52,535 bases of DNA from positions 1 to 52,535 of the IMG/VR virus record IMGVR_UViG_3300020477_000037; one strand, given 5' to 3'. Within the stretch, counting starts at the first letter, position 1. Each line of letters starts with the position of its first letter. Shown in pieces: positions 9,701-18,078 of the stretch. The notes beneath the pieces were generated by a model. It had not been told where the DNA came from, searched no databases, and was given only the letters and a program-made list of their open reading frames with translations. This DNA comes from a virus (Duplodnaviria > Caudoviricetes). Position numbers and translations under genes: made by a program.

Positions 9701-12700
9701 ATATAAAGAGTTTGTTGCATTTTTAAACAAGAAACCAACCGTTGCTACTTGGGTATTTCAAATGCATTCTGCCGGTCAAAAATGGTATCACGCCTCTGAA
9801 TTAACAAAAGGCTTGTCTCTCATGGTAGGTGGTTTAGGTAAACAGGAAGAGGTGGATCGTAAAATAACAGAGGTTAATACTGTAACAAAAATGGATACAA
9901 TTATTAATAAGGCGTTTGATGCCGGTCATTCTTTAGGTTTGGCAAGAACTTGGATGACTAACGATGGTAAGAAGTTCAAGCTCCACGCACATGAAGATCC
10001 TCAGTTAGCTTACCAGTTAATGTCTGGTGAGGGTTCTAGTATTAGTTATGGATTATCAGGTAACTTTGTAACACCGTTTGATATGAGAATGCGTTTATCT
10101 TTAGATAAGTTAGCTTCACAAATGGGTATTACAACAACGAATTATAGTAGTAAAAAGGGAGCGGAAAGATTAGAAAGATTTTATAACACCATTTTAAAAG
10201 ACTCTGATGGGAAAGATATCACTAGAAGAAAGTCTAAAATGGTTGATAAGTTAGATGATGAGGGTAATGTAGTTAAGGATGAAGATGGGAATGTCATACA
10301 AGAAGTTGAATGGGAATGGGTACCTGTTAAGGCGGGGGATTTTAGAAGTTTAAAGTGGATTCTTTTGCCAATAGAAAATCTCAATGGAAGAAAATCTATA
10401 CTTGGTAAAGAATTAGGTGGTGGTAGATACACGGTTTCGGATGCCAACAAAGATAGTATCAATAAGGATATCACCTATTCAACTATGTTTAGTGCGTATG
10501 CATTAGCTAAAAGAGCCAAAACATTAAAGACTCGTGATAAAGAAAATTTATTTACAGATGAACAGATTAAGGCAATTATTGATGAAGTAGAAAAGCACAT
10601 GAAAAAAAATGACGTTGATGCATACAATGTGTTTGTTAAAGCACATAGAGAGCTAGTTGGGTTTGGTGAAATGTTAGCTGATTATGCAGTTGATGCCGGT
10701 TTAATTTCTCCAGAGGTAAGAGAAAGGTTTAGGATTGAAACTGATTATGTCCCATATATTAGGAAAAGAGATATGGATACTGGGGAGACTCTTCATTCTT
10801 ATAAAACTGGACGCTTAGATTTCTGGCAACCAAAAGCTATGAAAGGTGGGACTCATAGAATAATTGATCCGATTGAAAGTTTAATGAGAAATTATTCTAC
10901 TATAGTTCGATCTGCAAATCGCAACGATGTTATGGTTAAGTTATATGATATGTATCAATATATGTCAGCAAAAGATTTTCCTGAAAAAGGAGCCACAGAT
11001 CCAGTTAATGAATCAGATAATCCTATTACATTTCATGATGAACCGCAAAACAAAGAGGCAATATTTTTATCTAGAAATGAAATTATTCGTGAATTAGATA
11101 AAGACAATATATCTGTTACAGATGCAACTTTATCTAATAAAAATATGAAAGCTATAGAAAAAAAGCTATCTGAACTTGAGTGGGATGTTGGTATTGGTGA
11201 AGTTCTTGAATACAATATGATTGATGTTGATGAGGATGGAATACTTATACATTCTATTGCTAGCGAGAATACACAAAATAAATTTGTTATTTATAAACCT
11301 AATGAAAATTATCAGAATATTAAAGAAGAATATTCAGATAATAAGGTGAAGACAATTCATGATGGCAGGATGGCTCTACAGTCTTTCTTTAGGCCTTCGA
11401 TTGACTCAAGCACAACATATGTGTTTTATAAAAATGGAGAACGTAAGTTTCTAGAGATAAAAGATACAGAGGAAGGCAGGATACTGCAAGATACATTAGA
11501 CTTATTACAGCCGAAGGTTGTTAGGTTTGTTGATAATTGGATGGGTAAGCAAGCTGTAGATAATTTAAAAAGAGCCTACCAATTATTTGGTAAGTTACCA
11601 GCTAAGATCCAGCGTGAAATGATTGTTTTAAGTCCAGACTTTATTATAAGAAACTTTATGAGGGACACTATAGTTTCTGGATTCCAAAGTTCCGCTCGAT
11701 CAAAGCCTTGGCCTATCGTTAGTGCAATGCGTGGATTGAAAATATTCATGTTTGATAAAGAAGCAAGGAATATCATGAATAGTTTCGGTGGTAGTTTCGC
11801 AAGCCAATGGGAGAATCCTTTCGTTTGGTCACAACCTAAAAATGTTAAGGACTTACAAAAACTGATATCTCCAAGAATAATGCAAGATAAAGTTCTTTCC
11901 CCGGTTGCTCTTCTTAGGATGCTCGCTGATTTTGGTAAGATGACTGAGAGTTTATCTAGGATAAGAGAATTTAAAGTTGTCAAAGAAGAGTTGATGAAAG
12001 GTGATAATCTAGCTAGGCTTGGGGATAATGCATCTTTATTAGATAAAATTAAATTTAAAATATGGAGTCCCGTTCCACCTGAATATGCTCAGTTTATACA
12101 AACAGATGAAGATGGTGTTGCTTTTTCAATGAACGAGATAGATGCCACATTGTTGGCTGCTAAAGCTGCCAGAGAAGTATCGGTTGACTTTGGTAAAGGC
12201 GGTTCTAGTAGCTTTATAAGAGGACTAGCAGCTACTATTCCTTTTATGAATGCTAGAATGCAGGGTTGGCTTCAAGCTGGGAAGACATTAAAGAGAAATC
12301 CAGCTTTATTTATGACTCAGTTTTCTATGTATGCTTTAGCTTCTCTTTCAGCTTACGCTTTTACTAAAGAAGAAGGCAAATTAGATGATCGTAAAGAGTG
12401 GGAATTAGATATGTACCATTTTATTCCAGCTAGTATTATACCAGAAGAAGCTAGGGAAATGATGTCTAAGTTATTTCCTTGGGTATATGGCGAAAAAGAT
12501 GCTGATGTTAAGTATTTTAAAATACCAAGAGCTTTTGAGTGGGGGGCTATGACCCGTATTATAGAAGGTTTCTATGATTGGTTTCAAAAAGATTTAAAAC
12601 CGGCAGAGGCAAAAGCTTTATCTCATCTTATTGTTAGGACTATTGGTGATACTTTTTCGCATTCTGGTGCTTCTGGTCTTACACCTGCTTTATATCAAGC

Positions 12701-13619
12701 ATACAATAATTATAATAGTAATATAGATACATTTCTTGACAGGCCAATAGACCCAACAAAAAGTCAAGCTAAACCTATGGAAGATCGTGCCTATTCTACT
12801 ACACCATTATCTATTAGAGCATTAGCTAAAATGGTTGGGATGCCAGCAGCTAAACTTGCTTACTTAAACCATACATTCTTGAGTTCTTTTGGTCAGTTAT
12901 TAGCTTTAATCGCAGACAAAATGCTTTACGATAAGGAATATCCAGATAAACATTTTACATCTTATCCTATATTTAAAACTATCTTTTGGTCTGAGGATGT
13001 TAATTTAAATGCTTCTGTCGATAAAAGTTACAAAACCTTTCTTCATATTGCAAGGGTGAGGGAAACCGTAAAGAGTTTATTTGACGCACAAATATCTGGA
13101 GATAAAGATCTAGAAAAATCTGTAAATCCAAGAAGGCCAGAGTCTTATCATAGGGAACATTTAAAATATTTATATGAAGATGACCCATCTTTTAGTCCTT
13201 ACTTATCCTATTTAGCACAGAACAATGGCTATAGATTTAAAACTAGAATTGATCGTGCATATAAAGAAACAAGAAAGTTTTTTAACGATAAAAAGGAAGA
13301 GCGTAAACTTATTCAAACAATGGATAAACCTACAGAATACTTGCAAACATTAATAGAAGAAAGCTATAGTCAGCAAAACAAGAAAGCAGAAGAATTTATT
13401 AAGGTTGTGGAAAAGGAATTATCTACTGTTAAAGATTATGAAGAGACTGCATATAAAACAGATCCTTTTGTTAAGCCATTGATAGAAGGCGATATAGGCG
13501 ATATGGTTGCAAAAGTAGTTGAATCTATTTTAACCAAACCACGACAAATTTCTAATTTGATGAAGAGTGCGTTAGGTAATATGATTAGAGATACAACTAA
13601 CGAAGAAAACCAACCATGA
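6777..13619 (+). CDS. Giant internal virion / polyvalent protein with C-terminal LPD38-like domain
   Basis: 2280 aa; motifs YVPYIR, PDFIIRNFMRD, VDFGKGG, IPFMNARMQG and YFKIPRAFEWG resemble LPD38-type ejection proteins. Confidence 0.7.
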   Translation: MQPFADFLKTFNQRARNIEKARGQSPDTVVGGDPVMTTKESLITEKEIPKLKDTKPKVNTPNVMPELTLYQPPVDEDFSYDFQGDIDSPNANIPPETETKPLIQWDKDTTPLSERFDWKIPLEDVDDLIAMGAVGFWKDIVGGMDVYSKEELQERLKNIAEDASRNMDTSDMPSNFWELGSLTKKGVRGILSMLGPAGDTDRLQENVNEFKANLSKETQDALERNFVTQDAEGNYHVGNADINTLLAMVAVQSPNIIATLGSAYIGGALLTRLAGIPAALTPKALASVRKTGYFTSAIGTQYTATALSTSSQVYESLSEQPAHLWQESPLYNRVMDKLLNNPEHGVPTEDYDKLHDYAVESVSRQLAYEAGIVSGDISALAMTPFAGWLGKIMSGKKVQYNKAFFNKIGAVKEGLKGTGLEMVAEGMQEGFAETMTRNYYLREGGQPVNIWHNVINDTITGSLVSGPTALTMTTAVAITAPIQIDKINKEITKGLEGEGLFDVGSTLDETGLSYVINQDINISESDNKTLQDLVDNADEVLAREPIAEQDADGSDDPSMIAIANQYNVVRQKRDDALAELARRTDERVNETEEESTQSALLDQPVVLDPIIVEAEDPSKFKVEEDEDGKFYINNPVTKERMEKQYNNLNSAQQDANELNNLNQRPDDLETPFTVSFQNPETRQRIVDTAKKYKYRQGSGSKQRREAFEEDLQVGENWVPKADDDKDIVKSVYLMSYYIHQRQKSEKKRDKKVSDEMHSLLNEVGYTDEQIAFMANEAKQAIINNKKIKFYDVNPNLTKEPYEFTWKGIEDPSGEPVISTDSPRIIDTPQKKSIFNRFKKLWKRLDDKRASVKLTTAERIRELLSEGIGIKFKPGFKTQLDPTNPRKWKIKNLSDVQELIHLFGSALSGYHKSLHTAYYRAVKAEKIKGLHLDQAILGENIGEFKTENEKINAIWGEFLNQYIYDSQTTAKNYPALYKEFVAFLNKKPTVATWVFQMHSAGQKWYHASELTKGLSLMVGGLGKQEEVDRKITEVNTVTKMDTIINKAFDAGHSLGLARTWMTNDGKKFKLHAHEDPQLAYQLMSGEGSSISYGLSGNFVTPFDMRMRLSLDKLASQMGITTTNYSSKKGAERLERFYNTILKDSDGKDITRRKSKMVDKLDDEGNVVKDEDGNVIQEVEWEWVPVKAGDFRSLKWILLPIENLNGRKSILGKELGGGRYTVSDANKDSINKDITYSTMFSAYALAKRAKTLKTRDKENLFTDEQIKAIIDEVEKHMKKNDVDAYNVFVKAHRELVGFGEMLADYAVDAGLISPEVRERFRIETDYVPYIRKRDMDTGETLHSYKTGRLDFWQPKAMKGGTHRIIDPIESLMRNYSTIVRSANRNDVMVKLYDMYQYMSAKDFPEKGATDPVNESDNPITFHDEPQNKEAIFLSRNEIIRELDKDNISVTDATLSNKNMKAIEKKLSELEWDVGIGEVLEYNMIDVDEDGILIHSIASENTQNKFVIYKPNENYQNIKEEYSDNKVKTIHDGRMALQSFFRPSIDSSTTYVFYKNGERKFLEIKDTEEGRILQDTLDLLQPKVVRFVDNWMGKQAVDNLKRAYQLFGKLPAKIQREMIVLSPDFIIRNFMRDTIVSGFQSSARSKPWPIVSAMRGLKIFMFDKEARNIMNSFGGSFASQWENPFVWSQPKNVKDLQKLISPRIMQDKVLSPVALLRMLADFGKMTESLSRIREFKVVKEELMKGDNLARLGDNASLLDKIKFKIWSPVPPEYAQFIQTDEDGVAFSMNEIDATLLAAKAAREVSVDFGKGGSSSFIRGLAATIPFMNARMQGWLQAGKTLKRNPALFMTQFSMYALASLSAYAFTKEEGKLDDRKEWELDMYHFIPASIIPEEAREMMSKLFPWVYGEKDADVKYFKIPRAFEWGAMTRIIEGFYDWFQKDLKPAEAKALSHLIVRTIGDTFSHSGASGLTPALYQAYNNYNSNIDTFLDRPIDPTKSQAKPMEDRAYSTTPLSIRALAKMVGMPAAKLAYLNHTFLSSFGQLLALIADKMLYDKEYPDKHFTSYPIFKTIFWSEDVNLNASVDKSYKTFLHIARVRETVKSLFDAQISGDKDLEKSVNPRRPESYHREHLKYLYEDDPSFSPYLSYLAQNNGYRFKTRIDRAYKETRKFFNDKKEERKLIQTMDKPTEYLQTLIEESYSQQNKKAEEFIKVVEKELSTVKDYEETAYKTDPFVKPLIEGDIGDMVAKVVESILTKPRQISNLMKSALGNMIRDTTNEENQP

Positions 13620-13858
13620 TTGGAGTATTAATGAATAGCAATAAGTTTAAAGAATATATAACAAATAAAAATTCTTTAATAAAAAGCTATAAGAATTTTC
13701 TTAATGTTATAGCGGATTGTTATTGTCATGAAGATATTATCCCAGATGAAAAAATTCGGACACATCTCCATGTTATAAACACAATGCATTTAAATGCGAG
13801 ACAAGTGGATATAATGGGTGATATAATAAGGAGTGAATTAAAGCCGGAGTTAAACTGA
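13616..13858 (+). CDS. Hypothetical protein
   Basis: ORF coupled to both neighbours (ATGA and TGATG overlaps). Confidence 0.5.
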   Translation: MIGVLMNSNKFKEYITNKNSLIKSYKNFLNVIADCYCHEDIIPDEKIRTHLHVINTMHLNARQVDIMGDIIRSELKPELN

Positions 13859-14721
13859 TGCGTGGGATTGTAGATAAACATACTCCAGATGGAATTAGAA
13901 TTTGGCAAATACATTATACGGCAGATCCAGATAAAGACCCAGAGACAAAAGAAGGTGGAGAGTGGTTAGCTAATGAGCTAATGGGATATCCGGGTGGGAT
14001 GGCTTCTCCTAAATGGAAACAGGAGATGGAGGTTGACTTTGACTCTGTAAGTGGACAGCTATTATTCCCAAGGATGGAGGAGTGGAAAGATAAGCTGATG
14101 ATCCCACGATTCGATGTGCCGGATAGCTGGACTTTGTATGGCGGATTTGACTACGCTAGTCGTGGTGTATCCGCCTTCGTTGTTTTCGCCAAAGGAAAGA
14201 ATACAGATGACTATTATGCTATCTGGGAATTCTATGAAAAAAATAGCGGATATTTAAATACGATTAATGCTATCAAATCCTGTCCTTATTATGATAAGTT
14301 GGAATGGATTGTTGCAGACCCGCAGATATGGGCTTCTAATCAGCAAAAACAGGGGTCTGATGAGATGGTTAGTATCGCCCAATTGTTTGGGGAACAAGGG
14401 GTTCACTTCTTAAAAGGATCAAAGGGTGGTGACATTGCCGTAGGTGAAAGAGTTAATCAAGAGCTATGGAATTTTCAGGAGAATGAAGTTCCTAAGTTCA
14501 GGTTATTTGATAACTGCGATAAACTCTGGTGGGAGATGACAAGATTAAGATTTTCTGATTGGAGAAATTCTACGGCTCTCTCAAGGAACGCTAAAGAGTC
14601 TCTTATAGAAAAAGATAATCATGCTTGGGATTGCTTTAAGTACTTTCTGAGAATGATAGAAACAAATTGGATGAGTAGTAATATAGATTCATTTAATCCA
14701 TCTCAGCATATTATTGGATAG
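13858..14721 (+). CDS. terL: Terminase large subunit, C-terminal part (lid/linker plus RNase H-like nuclease domain) as a separate gene
   Basis: WKQEMEVDF lid motif; YGGFDY...SAFVVF, IVADP and EKDNHAWDCFKY carry the acidic nuclease motifs; no Walker A/B. Confidence 0.85.
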   Translation: MRGIVDKHTPDGIRIWQIHYTADPDKDPETKEGGEWLANELMGYPGGMASPKWKQEMEVDFDSVSGQLLFPRMEEWKDKLMIPRFDVPDSWTLYGGFDYASRGVSAFVVFAKGKNTDDYYAIWEFYEKNSGYLNTINAIKSCPYYDKLEWIVADPQIWASNQQKQGSDEMVSIAQLFGEQGVHFLKGSKGGDIAVGERVNQELWNFQENEVPKFRLFDNCDKLWWEMTRLRFSDWRNSTALSRNAKESLIEKDNHAWDCFKYFLRMIETNWMSSNIDSFNPSQHIIG

Positions 14722-14733
14722 GAGATTTTATGA

Positions 14734-15066
14734 ATGGAAAATGTTTCGACTCTTATTTCAGACCTAGGAGTACCAATTACGGTAGCTTTAATGGCGGGGG
14801 CAGGTCTGTGGTTTACAGTAAAATGGCTGATGAATATTCTAATGAAGCGGTTAGACGAGTTGGAGCAGATCAGTCGAGACACCGCAGAAGAAACATTGAG
14901 ATCTATCCAAAAGGAAGAATCAGATTCAAAAGAAATACTGGTAAGATTAATAGATAGAATAAGGGCATTACAAACAGATGTTATTAGAATTGATACAATG
15001 TTTAGAATTAAATATAAGCTACCAATCGATGAACGCAGAATCTCTAGAAATCAGAAAGAGGATTAG
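14734..15066 (+). CDS. Membrane protein with coiled coil (holin-like)
   Basis: TM LGVPITVALMAGAGLWFTV followed by coiled coil LIDRIRALQTDVIRID; AGGAG SD. Confidence 0.55.
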   Translation: MENVSTLISDLGVPITVALMAGAGLWFTVKWLMNILMKRLDELEQISRDTAEETLRSIQKEESDSKEILVRLIDRIRALQTDVIRIDTMFRIKYKLPIDERRISRNQKED

Positions 15067-15136
15067 CGGGGTAGAGCAATGGTAGCTCATCGGGTTCATT
15101 ACCCGAAGGTAGGGGGTTCGATTCCCTCCCCCGCAA
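15065..15136 (+). tRNA. tRNA-Met(CAT), initiator (fMet) type, with atypical U37
   Basis: Acceptor (A)GCGGGG/CCCCGC(A) with 1:72 mismatch; anticodon stem TCGGG/CCCGA with three G-C pairs; loop TTCATTA; T-arm GGGGG-TTCGATT-CCCTC; followed by CCT rather than CCA. Confidence 0.85.
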
Positions 15137-15302
15137 CCTCTGATGAGTATAAAAATTGGGTGTATAAATATAATTCCTGTGATTGTTTAGCTAAAACAGA
15201 GTGTATATATGAAGGTTATTCATCGTGTAGAAGGGAATATCTTCAGGAAGAAATACCAGATTGGTATTGTGACCACCCATTTTATAAGGAACAATTAAAA
15301 AG

Positions 15303-15896
15303 ATGGAAATAATTACTAAGGATGCGGGTGGTAATCAATTCATAGCTGTTACAGAATATAAACCATGCCGGAAATTAACAGCCTGTTTATATCTAGGTAA
15401 CGATGAGTTCCCTAGATCTTATGTAGTGGTAGCATCAGAAATACCACATACCAGACGGGCTATTATTAATGGGCAGGAGAGTGAGTCCCATGACCCTGAG
15501 TATGTAGTCTTTGATGAATTTTCAGGAAGGCTTTCTCCTTATTTTATAGATGAATTGAAGCGATTTCTAGGAAGGAATTATGTCGAGAAAGTTATCTGTA
15601 TATCTTCCAATGAAGACCTAAGAACAAAGATTAGAAGAGAATGTAATATAAAACCAATATATATCGAGAATAAGAAACGAGATGATTGTGCTGTTATATT
15701 GCAAGATTGGTTTAAGAGATTAAGAGATAATGGAGAACCCACATTAAAGATAAGAGAGAATTGTATAGAGGCTAGGAGTTTCAACTATTTACCAGCTAGG
15801 CTTTCTGTGGTATATTTACTTGAGTACTTTGAAAGACAAAGAGGTAAGAAAGTATTTCTTCCAAAGGTACAAAAATTAAGAGGCGGATATTCATAA
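15303..15896 (+). CDS. Hypothetical protein; possible degenerate terminase nuclease-like (RNase H fold) paralog
   Basis: Pattern SYVVVASE...YVVFDEF...helix...VEKVICI...LKIRENC...LSVVYLL parallels the TerL nuclease layout but lacks the catalytic Asp motifs. Confidence 0.4.
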   Translation: MEIITKDAGGNQFIAVTEYKPCRKLTACLYLGNDEFPRSYVVVASEIPHTRRAIINGQESESHDPEYVVFDEFSGRLSPYFIDELKRFLGRNYVEKVICISSNEDLRTKIRRECNIKPIYIENKKRDDCAVILQDWFKRLRDNGEPTLKIRENCIEARSFNYLPARLSVVYLLEYFERQRGKKVFLPKVQKLRGGYS

Positions 15897-16009
15897 TGAA
15901 ACTAATGGATGTTGTTAAGGTAGTATGTGTCATTGTTATTTTTTTTTCTTTAATGCTTCTTCTTACTCACTTTGTAGGGAGTCAAGTTAATTTCCAATCT
16001 CATGGGTAA
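15896..16009 (+). CDS. Small single-TM peptide, 37 aa (not in ORF track)
   Basis: MKLMDVVKVVCVIVIFFSLMLLLTHFVGSQVNFQSHG; TAATG overlap with the upstream gene. Confidence 0.45.
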   Translation: MKLMDVVKVVCVIVIFFSLMLLLTHFVGSQVNFQSHG

Positions 16010-16014
16010 TAATA

Positions 16015-16305
16015 ATGGATGACATAGAAAATATAGTTGTAAAAATAAAAAGTGCTGAAGAAAAACTAGGTCAACTTGTTCCAAAAAACTTTTTCAGTTG
16101 GGAAATTTACATGGTTAATAATACTGAAGTATTGAGAGATGTTCTTGACCTCGTTAGATCGACAGCAAATATAATCAGGAAATGTGCTTGTACTGAATGT
16201 AATATTGTCTTTCAAAGTCACCACGCACTACAACGCCACATGACCTCCAATCATAAGGAATCGAGCGATGAAAGGGTTAACAGAAAAACAGGAAAAGTTC
16301 ATTGA
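16015..16305 (+). CDS. C2H2 zinc-finger protein
   Basis: CTECNIVFQSHHALQRHMTSNH matches C-x2-C-x12-H-x4-H. Confidence 0.65.
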   Translation: MDDIENIVVKIKSAEEKLGQLVPKNFFSWEIYMVNNTEVLRDVLDLVRSTANIIRKCACTECNIVFQSHHALQRHMTSNHKESSDERVNRKTGKVH

Positions 16306-16885
16306 TGAATACCTTAAAACCCCAGATGATAAGTCGGGTAGTGCTAAACGTGCGGGTTTTTCTCATCCAGAAGTTACGGCAAATAAATTACTACGCACCG
16401 ATAAAATTATTAAGGCTATAAAAGAAAAGCAGAGCAAGATATCAGAGGCAGAGGGGGTAACGGCAGATTGGTTAGCGAAATATTATAAAGCAATTATAGA
16501 AACACCAATTACAAACATATGTGATTGGGATAAAGTCAGCGGGTTAAATACAAGACCATCATCTCAGATAGACCAGATGTCTGCCTTTGCTATTAAGGAA
16601 GCATCGGAGGGAAGACCTAGAGAAGGTGAAGACCGTAAAGTTTTTCTAAAGATGGAAAGCAAATTAGAAGCAATGTCGGCCTTACGCAGTATGTTGGGAA
16701 TAGATGCACCGAAACGGCAAGAGGTTAAGGCTACTACTGAAACTTACAATATGACGGGTACTAATGAAGAAATCGCAAGCTCCCTCATTGGAACGCTTGA
16801 GAGCCTTATTACAAAATCCGATTATACAGGGGAAAATTTCGGAGTTACCTCATCAGGAAATCCTGAAAATAGAAAGACAAATTAG
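16268..16885 (+). CDS. terS: Terminase small subunit
   Basis: LTEKQEKFIDEYL...SAKRAGFS N-terminal HTH and KMESKLEAMSALRSMLG, typical of the Terminase_2 family. Confidence 0.88.
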   Translation: MKGLTEKQEKFIDEYLKTPDDKSGSAKRAGFSHPEVTANKLLRTDKIIKAIKEKQSKISEAEGVTADWLAKYYKAIIETPITNICDWDKVSGLNTRPSSQIDQMSAFAIKEASEGRPREGEDRKVFLKMESKLEAMSALRSMLGIDAPKRQEVKATTETYNMTGTNEEIASSLIGTLESLITKSDYTGENFGVTSSGNPENRKTN

Positions 16886-17492
16886 CCTACTGTCTTTCAG
16901 GGAATCTCCTGAGAACTTTATATTTTCTGGGGTTCTATTAACTCGTGATGAAAGAGATCCTGACAGCCCAGTAAAAGCATTTTGTGATAAGGACTATTTA
17001 AAAGCTACACTAAAAGCGATTCATGAGTCAAAGATAATTTTTATCCCCAAGTCTAGACAGGTTCAATGCACTTGGTTGGTATGTGCTTATTGTTTATGGC
17101 TTGGGATGTTCCGTCCCCACCAAATGATATTCGTACAGAGTAAGAAGGAAGAAGACTCTGCCAACCTCGTATTCAACCAGAAGTGGACTAAAGGAAGAAT
17201 CTCTTTTATGTACCATCATCTTCCTGATTGGCTTAAAGTTGCCTGTCCGGCTGAAGGAGCTTACGCTAAACTCAATTTCGACAATGGCTCCATGATTTGG
17301 GGAGTGCCGGAGGGTGGAGATGTTGTCCGGCAATATACTGTCAGCCTACTCTTTGCTGATGAGGCAGGGTTTCAGCCTGAGTTTGAGAACGCCTACCAAA
17401 GTTGTAAACCTATGAGCCAAAAGATTGTAGCTGTAAGCTCTGCTTGCAGTAGTACTTACTTTGCACAGATTGTTCAATCTGCAAATGAGTAA
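16764..17492 (+). CDS. terL: Terminase large subunit, N-terminal ATPase domain as a separate gene
   Basis: Walker A-like IPKSRQVQCTW, Walker B LLFADEAGF, coupling motif IVAVSSA; stops about 16 aa later with no nuclease domain. Confidence 0.85.
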   Translation: MKKSQAPSLERLRALLQNPIIQGKISELPHQEILKIERQISLLSFRESPENFIFSGVLLTRDERDPDSPVKAFCDKDYLKATLKAIHESKIIFIPKSRQVQCTWLVCAYCLWLGMFRPHQMIFVQSKKEEDSANLVFNQKWTKGRISFMYHHLPDWLKVACPAEGAYAKLNFDNGSMIWGVPEGGDVVRQYTVSLLFADEAGFQPEFENAYQSCKPMSQKIVAVSSACSSTYFAQIVQSANE

Positions 17493-17493
17493 A

Positions 17494-17606
17494 TCCCCTA
17501 GTCTTTGACACAAAATATTGTAACCCTAAAAGAAATTGAGTTGATCAATCACTCGTAAACCATTAGGTTTATATTTTAAGACAGGGTCACCAGACCTTTT
17601 CGGGGA
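17494..17606 (-). ncRNA. Candidate multi-stem structured RNA / complex terminator where the two arms converge
   Basis: Nested minus-strand pairings TCCCC/GGGGA, GGTCT/AGACT and GTGACCCTG/TAGGGTTAC, with inner hairpin TAAACC-TAAT-GGTTTA. Confidence 0.35.
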
Positions 17607-17610
17607 ACCT

Positions 17611-18078
17611 TTATTGAAATTTATTTAATTGATTTTCAGGAACGAAGTATGCCGGTGGTCTACCATTTCCTTTATCGGTAAACTCACCAACATTCCTAGC
17701 ATCCTCTCCTGAAATCCACCCAACTATATTAAAGTTTGGTGTTCTACCTTTCACTAAAACAAAACGATATTCTACTGGGGTATCAGGTCTAACGATCAGC
17801 CCATTATTTTTATTAGTTGTTTTTATTTCTACAGGATTTCCGTTAATTATAAAATCTGGATGTCCCATTTTATTAACAGAGCCATCCCAATATATACCTT
17901 TAAACTTAGCAAAAGCTAATTCACCACAAGCACCCTGTATATTATCCTCCCAAGTATGTCCCTTATACCCATACGCATCCTTCATATTTTTACGCATAGA
18001 TTCAATGCACCGAAGGACTCCTATTTCAGATGCCATCTTTACTTCATACCAAGTTAGTTTAATAATAATCTCTGCCAA
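17611..18078 (-). CDS. Phage hypothetical protein, PD-(D/E)xK-like nuclease fold
   Basis: GACGELAFAK...HPDF...VEIKT motif pattern. Confidence 0.55.
   Translation of the reverse strand: MAEIIIKLTWYEVKMASEIGVLRCIESMRKNMKDAYGYKGHTWEDNIQGACGELAFAKFKGIYWDGSVNKMGHPDFIINGNPVEIKTTNKNNGLIVRPDTPVEYRFVLVKGRTPNFNIVGWISGEDARNVGEFTDKGNGRPPAYFVPENQLNKFQ

Noticed and set aside
4674-13188. Antisense and alternate-frame ORFs inside the large virion genes (also 34941..35474, 37001..38240, 39795..40735 and similar)
   Set aside because: Nested within well-supported genes and lacking motifs; treated as shadow ORFs.
15079-15312. 77-aa ORF as a full protein
   Set aside because: The first 20 codons are the tRNA sequence. 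The Cys-rich remainder may be coding, but the start is unsupported.
16764-16885. TerS-TerL programmed frameshift in the 122-bp overlap
   Set aside because: Such overlaps are common and the ATPase ORF has its own ATG; no evidence beyond the overlap.
17505-17535. TTGACA as a plus-strand promoter
   Set aside because: No -10 element at a suitable spacing and no downstream plus-strand gene.
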